A stretch of DNA of 53,478 nt from Promethearchaeota archaeon (lineage in GTDB: Archaea > Asgardarchaeota > Lokiarchaeia > Sigyniarchaeales > SOKP01). Shown here in pieces: positions 1 through 9,162 of this stretch. The first letter of the stretch is position 1, and every line of letters starts with the position of its first letter. Under the pieces are notes generated by a model. It searched no databases. It saw nothing but the letters and a program-made list of their open reading frames with translations, and was not told where the DNA came from. The stretch covers positions 1-53,478 of the forward strand of contig JBHLNT010000012.1 of the NCBI GenBank assembly GCA_048941265.1, written 5' to 3'. The position numbers were made by a program, and so were the translations under genes.

Positions 1-1746
1 TCAATTAATTTCCATATAGCTTGTGATGAGAGTTTCGACGTTGGAAGATACAACTCAAAAGACTTTATTGCTCAGAAGGGTAAAAGTGAAGCACTAGCGG
101 AATTTTATAATAAAATCTATCACTTAGTTAGAGATTCTGGAAAAACAAATGTCATAATGTATGATGATATAGTAAGAAATGATGATTATCTTCTAAAAAA
201 TATAAATAAAGATATTATCCTTATGTATTGGGATTATGTTCCTAAAAAGAGCTTTCCTATCTTAGCGAAGTTATTAGAAGCTGGATTTCGGGTTATTGGT
301 AGTCCTTCAATGTTAAATTGGCAAAGAAATTTCCCAGATAATAAAAACGCTAGTAAAAATATAACTAATTTTATAAAAACAGCTTATAATAATAGAGATA
401 AGGGTTGCTTAGGAGTCTTAACTTCCACATGGGGAGATATGAGATATTATTCATTTAGAGAGAATGAAATATTTGGAGCAATATTAAATGGTGCTGTCGC
501 ATGGAAAACATTAAATTTTAACTATAATGAATTTAAAACTAATTATGGATTCTTTTTTTATGGAATTGAAAAGGATTTAACTAGCAAATTTAATAAATTG
601 TTTACATTGTTAAGTAAATCCGCATCACTTTACTATAGAGTATCGGTTTTACTGCCACCTCTATTTTTTACATATTTTTTTAAACATCCTTTTCCTACTA
701 AAATTTTTAAACCACCATTTGAAAGTTATGAAAAATTGGGTGATTTAGCAAACAATTGTTTAGAAATTTATAATAAGCTCAAATCGAAAGTGAGGTTTGA
801 AATGGAAAATTTTGAGTACATTGAATATGGAGCCGAGTTAGCAAAGTACCTTAGGGAAAAGATTGTTATTTCCCATAAGGTTTCAGAAATATTAAATCAA
901 TCTGAAGTAAGCGACACGGATATTCAAAGCGTCATTTCTGATTTGAATTATATTAAAAACAAAATTATTTATTTAAAAAGCAAGTTTGAAAAACTCTGGT
1001 TAAGAGCTGCTAAGCGACCTTGCTTAAATAGTATAATGAAATTGTTCGATTTTCTAATTAAAGAATATGACAAAAAAATATCTCAGGTTAATGAGAGAAT
1101 TTATTTTGTTGATCCATATATAAGATCAGAATGGATTTGGACAGAAGATGAAAGCAATGTAATCGAACCATGCTATTTAAGAAAAAAGATTGATATTAAC
1201 CAGCCCATAAAAAGGGCGATCATTCAAGGAATTGCCAATAATCATATGAAAATCTATATAAATAATGAGTATATAGGACAAGTACTCAGTAGATATTCGA
1301 TGTCTATATTACCTATTGTTTTACGAGTAAAAACTTTTGATATTACAAACTATCTTAAAGAGGGCAAAAACATCATTGCTATTGAAGCATATAATTACGA
1401 TAATTATAAAGGAGCAATAAATCTATATGGGCAGATTCTATTAAATAATGAAAAAGTAACTGAGCTCATTACTGATAATTCATGGATTTGCATTTCTGGG
1501 GTAAATTTTGACTCTAATGATTGGAAAAAGTTAGATTTTAAAATAAATGGATGGAAGTTAGCAAAATCTTATGGTCGACCTCCCAATTTAAATGGCGATA
1601 TTTTTAAACCAGATCTACTTAAAGGAGAAATTTCTGATACTCAAGATTATTTTGGAATTGAAGGATATATATCTAATTTTACTAAGGAGTATGAAAAAGA
1701 AAAATTAGAAAAGATGATAAAAATATTTAATCCCTATGGAAATTGA
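1..1746 (+). CDS. Glycoside hydrolase family 20 (beta-N-acetylhexosaminidase-like) with C-terminal galactose-binding-like beta-sandwich; 5'-partial
   Basis: Frame +1 is open from base 1 and reads SINFHIACDESFDVG (GH20 HxxxDE catalytic motif) before the ORF-track Met at 157. Also YWDY and TSTWGD motifs, and a C-terminal WIW..YLRK..IYINN..GKNIIAI jelly-roll signature. Confidence 0.8.
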   Translation, partial: SINFHIACDESFDVGRYNSKDFIAQKGKSEALAEFYNKIYHLVRDSGKTNVIMYDDIVRNDDYLLKNINKDIILMYWDYVPKKSFPILAKLLEAGFRVIGSPSMLNWQRNFPDNKNASKNITNFIKTAYNNRDKGCLGVLTSTWGDMRYYSFRENEIFGAILNGAVAWKTLNFNYNEFKTNYGFFFYGIEKDLTSKFNKLFTLLSKSASLYYRVSVLLPPLFFTYFFKHPFPTKIFKPPFESYEKLGDLANNCLEIYNKLKSKVRFEMENFEYIEYGAELAKYLREKIVISHKVSEILNQSEVSDTDIQSVISDLNYIKNKIIYLKSKFEKLWLRAAKRPCLNSIMKLFDFLIKEYDKKISQVNERIYFVDPYIRSEWIWTEDESNVIEPCYLRKKIDINQPIKRAIIQGIANNHMKIYINNEYIGQVLSRYSMSILPIVLRVKTFDITNYLKEGKNIIAIEAYNYDNYKGAINLYGQILLNNEKVTELITDNSWICISGVNFDSNDWKKLDFKINGWKLAKSYGRPPNLNGDIFKPDLLKGEISDTQDYFGIEGYISNFTKEYEKEKLEKMIKIFNPYGN

Positions 1747-1752
1747 TTAAAA

Positions 1753-2532
1753 ATGGATGAAATGAGAGAAATTTTAAAAAAAGTTCAGGAAAAAAAAATT
1801 TCAATCGAAGAAGCTGAAAAATTATTACGAGCTGATTTGATTGAACAAGTTGGTGATTTAGCTCAATTAGATCTATTTCGTAAGACTAGAACCGGAGTTC
1901 CAGAAGTTGTTTATGCTCTAAATAAGGAACCTCGAATGGTTCTCGAAATTATAAATTCTTTTTTGAATAAGAACAAATTTGCTATTATCTCCCGTTATAA
2001 CCAAGAACAAGAAGTACTCATAAAAAATAGATTTAATAAAAGCAATGAGTTCGATTTAGAAATTAATGAATTAGGAAAAATTATAATAATTAGGGAGAAA
2101 ACATTTAATTTTGTGAAAAAAAATGGGCGAGTAGGAATTATTACGGCAGGAAGTTCTGATATTCCTGTAGCGGAGGAAGCTAGAATTATTTCAGAAGTAA
2201 TGGGATGTGAAGTTTTTACTGGTTATGACGTCGGAATAGCGGGATTTCACAGGATTTTTACCCCATTAAGTGAAATGATAAAAAATAAAGTCAATGTAAT
2301 AATTGTATGTGCTGGTATGGAGGGGACCTTACCTGGAGTAGTTGCTGCTTTAGTTGATGTTCCAGTGATTGGTGTTCCAGTTTCATCAGGTTATGGGTTA
2401 GGTGAGAAAGGAAAGGGGGCGCTAACTACTATGCTACAATCATGCTCACCTGGATTATTAGTAGTTAATATTGATAATGGATTTGGAGCGGGGGCATCAG
2501 CAGCACTCATCGCCAATAAAATTTCCCAATAA
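1753..2532 (+). CDS. larB: Nickel-pincer cofactor biosynthesis protein LarB (NaAD carboxylase/hydrolase, PurE-like)
   Basis: RTGVPEVVY, ITAGSSDIPVAEEA, DVGIAG, CAGMEGTLP, PVIGVPVSSGYG, VVNIDNGFGA. Confidence 0.95.
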   Translation: MDEMREILKKVQEKKISIEEAEKLLRADLIEQVGDLAQLDLFRKTRTGVPEVVYALNKEPRMVLEIINSFLNKNKFAIISRYNQEQEVLIKNRFNKSNEFDLEINELGKIIIIREKTFNFVKKNGRVGIITAGSSDIPVAEEARIISEVMGCEVFTGYDVGIAGFHRIFTPLSEMIKNKVNVIIVCAGMEGTLPGVVAALVDVPVIGVPVSSGYGLGEKGKGALTTMLQSCSPGLLVVNIDNGFGAGASAALIANKISQ

Positions 2533-2707
2533 TTATGAGTTTTCTATTTTTGTAATATATTATTTTTTTTCTAAGGATTTTTATCAAAAAGATTTGTAAA
2601 TTTATTAATATAAGAAAAGCCTATTTTAAACTCTAAAGAATAAATCTACAATTAGAATGTGTTATACTTGGTATAACTACTGATTCGATTATTGAATTCT
2701 TGAATGC

Positions 2708-2974
2708 TCAAAAAAATAATATATTTAAATACTTTTCTTTTCCTTCTGCTGTAGCTCGTAGCATCTCCCATGCTCCTACTACATGATAATAAAACTCTTT
2801 TGCATCTGAAATCCAAACACTTTCAGCATTTTCATTTAAATCTCCTTCCTTTCTCAAATGATCTATGATATCATCCTTGATATCTTCAAGATATTCAATT
2901 AAATCCCTAATTCTCCATACTCTCTCCAAATTTTCTACTTTTGAATTTTTTTCAATCATATGCAATGTGATCAT
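2708..2974 (-). CDS. Small helical hypothetical protein, possibly 3'-truncated
   Basis: 88-aa ORF with protein-like amphipathic helical composition; ends abruptly in low-complexity ILFF. Confidence 0.5.
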   Translation of the reverse strand: MITLHMIEKNSKVENLERVWRIRDLIEYLEDIKDDIIDHLRKEGDLNENAESVWISDAKEFYYHVVGAWEMLRATAEGKEKYLNILFF

Positions 2975-3063
2975 AGAAAAATACTTATTTAATTGTATTA
3001 TAAATGGAAGGTTGAGTGAAACAAATGGGAAAGTTTTTTCCCACTTTTGTGGGAATATTCAAA

Positions 3064-3102
3064 TGGATATTTAATCAATTAGATATCCAATAGATTTATA
3101 TA
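3064..3102. promoter_or_regulatory. 26-bp imperfect palindrome (candidate operator) followed by a TATA-like box
   Basis: TGGATAT-T-TAAT-CA-ATTA-G-ATATCCA (3064-3089), then TTTATATA (3095-3102), in a divergent intergenic region. Confidence 0.45.
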
Positions 3103-3176
3103 CCTTTTAATTTATAATTATTATTGGACTTATTCTTTAAAAAAAAATTTATAAAAAAAAACTGTATTTTATGTAG

Positions 3177-3719
3177 TTGAGACCGATGGTCGCAATTATG
3201 AATAATGAATTTTTTGAGAAATCAAAAAAATTTTATGAAAACGGGGATTTAAGTAATGCTTTGGACTTTTACGAAAAAGCATTGTCATATATAGACTCAT
3301 CTAAAGAGAAATCGGCGTATATTCAGTATTTAAATTCGATTTTGAATCATTGTAAAGAAAATCAGTTAATTGAAGAGCAGGCAATTGTTTTAAGATCATT
3401 AGGTAGAACCCATTCAATTTTTAAAAATTATGTTGAAAGCTTAAATTATCATAGGGAATCATTGAAAATTCAAAGGATGCTTGGCAAAAAAAGTGATGTT
3501 GCAGAAGGGTTGCTGTATCTTGCAGAAGATCTTGAAGTCTCCGGAAATTACGAAGAGTGCATAAACGTATTTAAAAACGCATCAGAAGTTTTTCGAGAAC
3601 TTGGAAAATTAAGAAAATGTAAAGAGATTGAGAAAGAAATCTCTCGATTAAATGATTTTTCAAAAGATATTTTTGAGGATGAATATTTAAGGAATAAATT
3701 TCATATCGACAAATATTAA
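3177..3719 (+). CDS. Tetratricopeptide-repeat protein (likely start ATG 3198)
   Basis: TPR-like helices GDLSNALDFYEKAL, LRSLGRTHSIFKNYVESLNYHRESL, LAEDLEVSGNYEECINVF. Confidence 0.75.
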   Translation: MRPMVAIMNNEFFEKSKKFYENGDLSNALDFYEKALSYIDSSKEKSAYIQYLNSILNHCKENQLIEEQAIVLRSLGRTHSIFKNYVESLNYHRESLKIQRMLGKKSDVAEGLLYLAEDLEVSGNYEECINVFKNASEVFRELGKLRKCKEIEKEISRLNDFSKDIFEDEYLRNKFHIDKY

Positions 3720-3793
3720 GTACAATTTCTTTCGAATATCATTTCTCAAAAATCTATTTTTTTCTTTTTTCTAGAAGGTACTCAAGCATCATC

Positions 3794-5083
3794 TTATATA
3801 AAATCCTTATCACTTTTATAAAGTTGCGCTAATTGGGATTGCGCAAATAACTGAATTTTTTTTAAAGAAAATCCTGAAAGTTCACTAATTCTTTTAAGAT
3901 CTTCAAACTCAGGCTTAATATTGATAATTTTTTTCTTATCTTCAATTTCAATGAAAGAAATTTTGTAATTTAATTCATATCTTTTATCATCTATCTCAAT
4001 CTTATGTTGTTTATTCTCTCTGTCAATGCATACGCGATACAACATATTCATTCTTACACCTAATGTTCCTAATTCTTCTAAAATTTTTTCAGTTAATTCA
4101 AATTTTTTATCTGGATGACACATTACTTTTATTATATGACCGGGTCTATTCTTCTTTGTAATACCGGTTAAAATCTTTACATCTAAAACCTCTTCTTCTT
4201 CAAATTTTTGTATGAAATGTCCTAGGATTTCTCCTGATACATCATCAACATCCGTTTCTAAGATTATAATCGGTTCTAAATATTTTTGAAGAGGGTGTTT
4301 TTTCTCATAAATGTCAATGGTTCTGATTTCTCCATAAAACAATCTCAACATATTTAAAAAATCTTTAAATTCTTTTTGCCCTGTACTATAGGTAATCTTA
4401 GTAAGCTTCATATCATATTCTTGTACTCTCGGATTTAAATTAGCCAATAAGGCTGCTCCAGTAGGAGTCACAAGTTCACTTTCTATTGGACCATTATGGA
4501 TGACTAAATTTGATTTTTCTAAAATTTTTAAAGTTGCGGGGGCAGGTACGGGTAAGATGCCATGTGCGGTTCTAATTCTCCCCCCTCCTAAGGGTAATTT
4601 ACTGCAATAAACCTCAAAATCTTCGTTAAAACCTCCTAGAACATCTAATGCCTTAGAAACCCCTAAAATGTCAATTAATGTATCCACAGAACTTAACTCA
4701 TGTAAGTGTATATTTTCACTTAATTCTCCATGAACCTCTACTTCTGCTTGAATAAGTGAAGTCAAAACTTCATTTGCATATTTTTTTGCTTGACTGGAAA
4801 AATTGGTATCTTCCGAAAATTTGTTTAACGCATTTATTAATGATTTAGAATTTCTGTGGGTTCTACTTTCTTTTACGTCGATTTTAATCTGATTTACCAA
4901 AATGCCAGATATTTTTTTCTTAATTAAATTTATTTCCAACTTTGAAACTCCTGAGAGATAATTTGATAATTTGTTTAAATCATCTAAAATTCTGTGTGGG
5001 CTTTCAACTAACCCCAAAAGTGCTGCTAAAAACATATCTCCTGATATACCAGAGTTAATAGCGTCAACATATAATAATTTCAT
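3794..5083 (-). CDS. larC: Nickel-pincer cofactor nickel insertase LarC (single full-length ORF)
   Basis: SGISGDMFLAALL, VHG..IHLHELS..DTLIDI, TAHGILPVPAPAT, ELVTPTGAALL, LETDVDD..GE, KKNRPG, GTLGVR, KPEFEDL. Confidence 0.95.
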   Translation of the reverse strand: MKLLYVDAINSGISGDMFLAALLGLVESPHRILDDLNKLSNYLSGVSKLEINLIKKKISGILVNQIKIDVKESRTHRNSKSLINALNKFSEDTNFSSQAKKYANEVLTSLIQAEVEVHGELSENIHLHELSSVDTLIDILGVSKALDVLGGFNEDFEVYCSKLPLGGGRIRTAHGILPVPAPATLKILEKSNLVIHNGPIESELVTPTGAALLANLNPRVQEYDMKLTKITYSTGQKEFKDFLNMLRLFYGEIRTIDIYEKKHPLQKYLEPIIILETDVDDVSGEILGHFIQKFEEEEVLDVKILTGITKKNRPGHIIKVMCHPDKKFELTEKILEELGTLGVRMNMLYRVCIDRENKQHKIEIDDKRYELNYKISFIEIEDKKKIINIKPEFEDLKRISELSGFSLKKIQLFAQSQLAQLYKSDKDFI

Positions 5084-5250
5084 CTTAAGATCATTATCTC
5101 TCCTTCAATTCTGGTTGATAATCAAAAATAAATTGAATGTTAGAAAATTATTCTTGTTATTACTAAAAATAATTAAAGTGTTATAATTATATTTATATTA
5201 AGAATAAGTAAAATTATTTTAATTGTTTTAAATTTAAGGCACTGTTTATT

Positions 5251-5982
5251 ATGAGCGAACTTCAAACATTAAAATGTTATATGGCTCAATTACCAGCTAC
5301 AATACTTCAATTATTAGAAATCACTCCTCCTAAGCATGTTCCAGAAGCCGTTCAACCTATTTTAGATCTTTATCGGGGAATCAACAGAATTAGCCTAAAT
5401 ATGATAGATAATTTTGGCTTATTTGAAATCACATACCATAAGCCTCAGTTCATGATCACGAATTCTGAAGTCATGCTACTATTAAGTACTAAAAATCCCT
5501 ATACTTTAGGAGTATTCCATCAACTCATGTTTGGAGGATTTGATATAGAACCAAACGGATTTCATTTACTTAGATATCTTAATAATGGTGGGAAAAAATC
5601 ATGCTTTATCGCTAGAAAAAAAGATTTGGAACGTTATGATGGGGGCACATTATCCATTCCAAAAGAGACCGATATGGCAACCTGGGTTGAATCTGCCAAA
5701 GCAATTAATAATTATGACCTCTCATGGATGCATTATTTAGACTTCGAAAATTTACACAAACAGCAGCAAAGATTAAAGCAAAGAACGCCGGAAAATTTAA
5801 TTGAAAAATTAATTAATCGTACTGATAAATGGATTCTAAGTAATTACAAACAACTTAGACAGAATTCTTTAATGATAATTTTGGGAGATCATGGACGATC
5901 TAAATTAAATTTAGAATATTCAGGTAAAATTGCTCAATGGCGTGAAGCAAGTGTTCCAATCGCAATATTTATTCATAAATAA
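5251..5982 (+). CDS. Alkaline phosphatase/nucleotide pyrophosphatase-superfamily-like protein, short and divergent
   Basis: N-terminal LNMIDNFG, later HYLDFENLH, IILGDHG and C-terminal VPIAIF, in the order typical of the AP core. Confidence 0.5.
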   Translation: MSELQTLKCYMAQLPATILQLLEITPPKHVPEAVQPILDLYRGINRISLNMIDNFGLFEITYHKPQFMITNSEVMLLLSTKNPYTLGVFHQLMFGGFDIEPNGFHLLRYLNNGGKKSCFIARKKDLERYDGGTLSIPKETDMATWVESAKAINNYDLSWMHYLDFENLHKQQQRLKQRTPENLIEKLINRTDKWILSNYKQLRQNSLMIILGDHGRSKLNLEYSGKIAQWREASVPIAIFIHK

Positions 5983-6018
5983 TTTTAAAATATCAAGATA
6001 ATAGAGACTTTTAAAGAG

Positions 6019-6603
6019 ATGGAAGAAAAAGAAAAAGAATACAAGAGATTTACAGTATCACTTCCAGAAGAATTATATGAAAACTTTGAGCAATTCAGAA
6101 AAAGAAAAGAGATGTCCAGATCTGATTGCATTCGAAAGGCAATGAATGCATATATGATAAATGAAGAAAGCATAGATTCATTAAGCGGCGATGTTGTGGG
6201 ATGCATAACTATGATTATGACGCATGAACATTTCGATCCAACTCATAAACACCCTCACGAACATGATAATGAATCGACTAAAGATCATAAACATATACAA
6301 GATGCTGAGCATCATCATGAACATGATTTTGCTCAAGGTAATCAACATGACCATGATTATACTTCAAGACCCATATATGCGAATGTTCAACAAACTGATT
6401 TAATTATAAAAAATGATATTCAGCATCATTATGGTGATATTATAATATCAACAATGCATATCCACTTGGAATTTGATAAATGTCTTGAAATAATAGCAGT
6501 TTCAGGATCTCAGGAGAGAGTAAAAGGGATATATGAAAAACTTCAAAGATTAAAAAGTGTTTTATCAATAGGATTTTTTATTGTAGATAAACAAACTTCT
6601 TAA
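6019..6603 (+). CDS. nikR: Nickel-responsive regulator NikR with a His-rich insertion
   Basis: RHH domain (RFTVSLP..SRSDCIRKAM); ACT-like domain with QHHY..STMHIHL..KCLEIIAVSG nickel ligands. Confidence 0.9.
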   Translation: MEEKEKEYKRFTVSLPEELYENFEQFRKRKEMSRSDCIRKAMNAYMINEESIDSLSGDVVGCITMIMTHEHFDPTHKHPHEHDNESTKDHKHIQDAEHHHEHDFAQGNQHDHDYTSRPIYANVQQTDLIIKNDIQHHYGDIIISTMHIHLEFDKCLEIIAVSGSQERVKGIYEKLQRLKSVLSIGFFIVDKQTS

Positions 6604-6906
6604 ATAAAATTCTAATTCTCATATAAAAAAGAAAAAGAGATAAAAGAATAAAAGATACCTGATCTAAAGGATAAAGTGTTATGATAAGGCGATTTGAGGG
6701 AACTCTTATTCTTTTTATAAAAGGTTATGTGTGTATTTTATAATTATTTCATTAGCAATTTAAAAGTTAATACTGTAATTAATTTCTAATTTTTATGAAG
6801 TAAAGTAAATGAAAAAATAATATAAAAAAAGAAAAAAAATAGATTAATTAAAAGAAAATAAATTAGATAATAGTTGAGTGCAGTTTCATAAGGTATTACA
6901 TTTCAA

Positions 6907-7113
6907 TTATAAATCTTTTTCTTGAACGGTCTTTCTACCGTTAGCTTTGGCCCTCGCAATTGCTTTATCTAGCACGCCAATTAATGCGTTGTTTAGAGCA
7001 TCGCCGTCTATTAAATCACCGCTAGTATTACAGCCTTTTGATTTAATATATTCTCGGACTTTGCTTTTTACAAACAGGGCCTCTGTTTTAGCTCCACCAC
7101 TTTTTTTAGCCAT
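6907..7113 (-). CDS. Histone-fold protein, truncated-alpha3 ('face-to-face'-type) histone
   Basis: LFVKSKVREYIK..CNTSGD..LDKAIARAKANGRKTVQEKDL: RKTV..D histone-fold clamp with minimal alpha3; strong SD AAGGAGG (7122-7128). Confidence 0.85.
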   Translation of the reverse strand: MAKKSGGAKTEALFVKSKVREYIKSKGCNTSGDLIDGDALNNALIGVLDKAIARAKANGRKTVQEKDL

Positions 7114-7518
7114 TTTTTATTCCTCCTTTATTGATTTGATTTATGTTTTAAAATTTATTAAATTTAAATATTGAATAGTCAAGCTCCTATTTAAAGATTA
7201 GGGAAAAACATATCATAGAATGTTAATAATATCAGTCTATTTGCCTTTTTTGAATTTGTCGAAATTAAGGCGATAATACATTTTTAATTAAAATTCTATA
7301 TCCTTTCAGAAAGTCAACCAATCATTCTTATAATTTCTATAATTAATTATTCAAAGTTCACAGATTTTAGAGAATTGTGCATTTTAATGAAAAGTAGCTC
7401 ACTCATCAAAAATAGGAATCTGGAACGAAGGATTTGTAAAAAAGTAGAGGATAAAGAGTAGTAAATATAAAAAAAAAAGTTAATTTAATTTTTAATTAAT
7501 ATTTCGAATATATTCGTT

Positions 7519-9162
7519 TTACATTTTTCTCTTTTTCATGACGACATAAATTAGTGCTAAAATGCTCAACGCAGAAGCACCTAAAATGATGGTAATTTCA
7601 AAGCCAGGAATGCCTTGAACAGCACCAGCTTCCCAGAATACGGTATCACCATCCTTTACCTGCACAGTACCCTGACCACCCGTATCTCCGTAGGCAAATG
7701 TAACTTCAAAATCATCCAGTTCATTCGGGTCTGCCTCGCCGTTAAAAAGATCACTAGGATCATATCTTATACCATCTTTATATTCGATTCCAACAGTTAC
7801 AATACCATTTTCAGCAGAAATATCAAAATAAGCATATACAGGTATGAAAACTGGTATCCCTTCCGCATCTTCAAACTCTCGGCTGACAAAGGGTACTTTA
7901 TATAGTATATCATCCCTAATGTTGAATATCTTCACTATTTTTGCCGTAAAATCATCTTGAGGTACATAGACTGGTAGTCCTGCACATAGCGTACTAAGGA
8001 GAAATCCGGGTTTAGACGGATATCCAAAATCAATACTCTCCGCCATAATCTGCAAAATTTTCATTGGAGTACCCCACATGCCATAAACACGGTCTGTATA
8101 ATAATCTCCGCCATTCCATCCGGGGTATACTACTTCGAGAGCAGAGAGATCATTTGGTATATCAATTGCGTCAAGAAGATCAGCTCCTTGTTTTGCTGTC
8201 ATTTCCCCTAAAATTACTAAAACATTAATAAAGGTGGGAATAATAGTAGTATTGAGATATTCGTAGACTTCGACATCAGCTTGACTCATGGAACCCCCTG
8301 GTCCATGACCGAACATACCACCAGTTGGGTTTGCGCCACCTGCATATTGCCAGTTTTGCCCCCAGATGCCCAAAAGGGTGTAAACATCCATTATCTGATT
8401 TTCTTTGAATAGATTAGTATATTCCCAGGCGCTTAACCAATCATATGGATCGGCAAGAAACGGAATTTCATAATCCTTATCGTCAGGTTTTGCTTTATAC
8501 GCCTTATCGGTGTATTCCCAATAATCTCGATGAAGGTAATATCCGTCGTATTTTTTATTATATCCGGCCGCATCCTCATAAGAAAGAATAGGATTTGCTG
8601 CAACTCCCGCAATTGGATCAAGAATTGAACCATTAATCGTCGTTGCAAGTTCATACGCAACACTCTGATTAGCTCCCGATAATACGACAGGTAACCCAAA
8701 AGCCGTTGGATTAAGAGAAAGCCAAGCACATGCGTTGTAGAAGTACATTAAAGGACCATAATCTCCTGATACAAGGGGATTATACAATGATGCTACGGTT
8801 TGTCTCGAGAGATCATTTCCGTCTTTAATGTCACCCTCCCATACGTAATCTCCCACGTATTTAATTCCCTTATCATCATATCTTTTTTCAATCTCTAAAT
8901 AAACGGATTTCGATTTAGCTCCTACTTCATCGGTATCTCCGACAAAAAGTTCATCAGTACCAACATCACTGCCTAAATGGTCTTTCCATTCATCCTTATC
9001 ATAGATCTTTATTTCAGATTCGGCAGTAACTCCTACAGCCGCATCAGGAACGCCGAAATCATACCCACGAACGGGAGTTACCATTGAAGCAGTGCTTAAG
9101 AGAAAAATGGATATAAAGAAAATGCCATATAGTATTTTTTTCTTCATTTTGCTTTCATCCAA
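7519..9162 (-). CDS. Secreted acidic surface protein with IPGF C-terminal sorting signal (PGF/Loki-CTERM-like); likely start ATG 9147
   Basis: Signal peptide MKKKILYGIFFISIFLLSTASMVTPVRG; C-terminus GIPGF + TM helix + KKRKM. Confidence 0.8.
   Translation of the reverse strand: MDESKMKKKILYGIFFISIFLLSTASMVTPVRGYDFGVPDAAVGVTAESEIKIYDKDEWKDHLGSDVGTDELFVGDTDEVGAKSKSVYLEIEKRYDDKGIKYVGDYVWEGDIKDGNDLSRQTVASLYNPLVSGDYGPLMYFYNACAWLSLNPTAFGLPVVLSGANQSVAYELATTINGSILDPIAGVAANPILSYEDAAGYNKKYDGYYLHRDYWEYTDKAYKAKPDDKDYEIPFLADPYDWLSAWEYTNLFKENQIMDVYTLLGIWGQNWQYAGGANPTGGMFGHGPGGSMSQADVEVYEYLNTTIIPTFINVLVILGEMTAKQGADLLDAIDIPNDLSALEVVYPGWNGGDYYTDRVYGMWGTPMKILQIMAESIDFGYPSKPGFLLSTLCAGLPVYVPQDDFTAKIVKIFNIRDDILYKVPFVSREFEDAEGIPVFIPVYAYFDISAENGIVTVGIEYKDGIRYDPSDLFNGEADPNELDDFEVTFAYGDTGGQGTVQVKDGDTVFWEAGAVQGIPGFEITIILGASALSILALIYVVMKKRKM

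Noticed and set aside
2661-2677. Palindrome GTTATAC-TTG-GTATAAC between convergent genes
   Set aside because: Short and AT-rich; could be a terminator or chance, with no supporting copy seen
3794-5083. Programmed frameshift in larC as in Lactobacillus larC1/C2
   Set aside because: ORF is continuous and contains both domains
6642-6715. SECIS element or C/D-box sRNA interpretation
   Set aside because: No complete SECIS core or RUGAUGA/CUGA pair in the right order, and no in-frame TGA selenoprotein nearby
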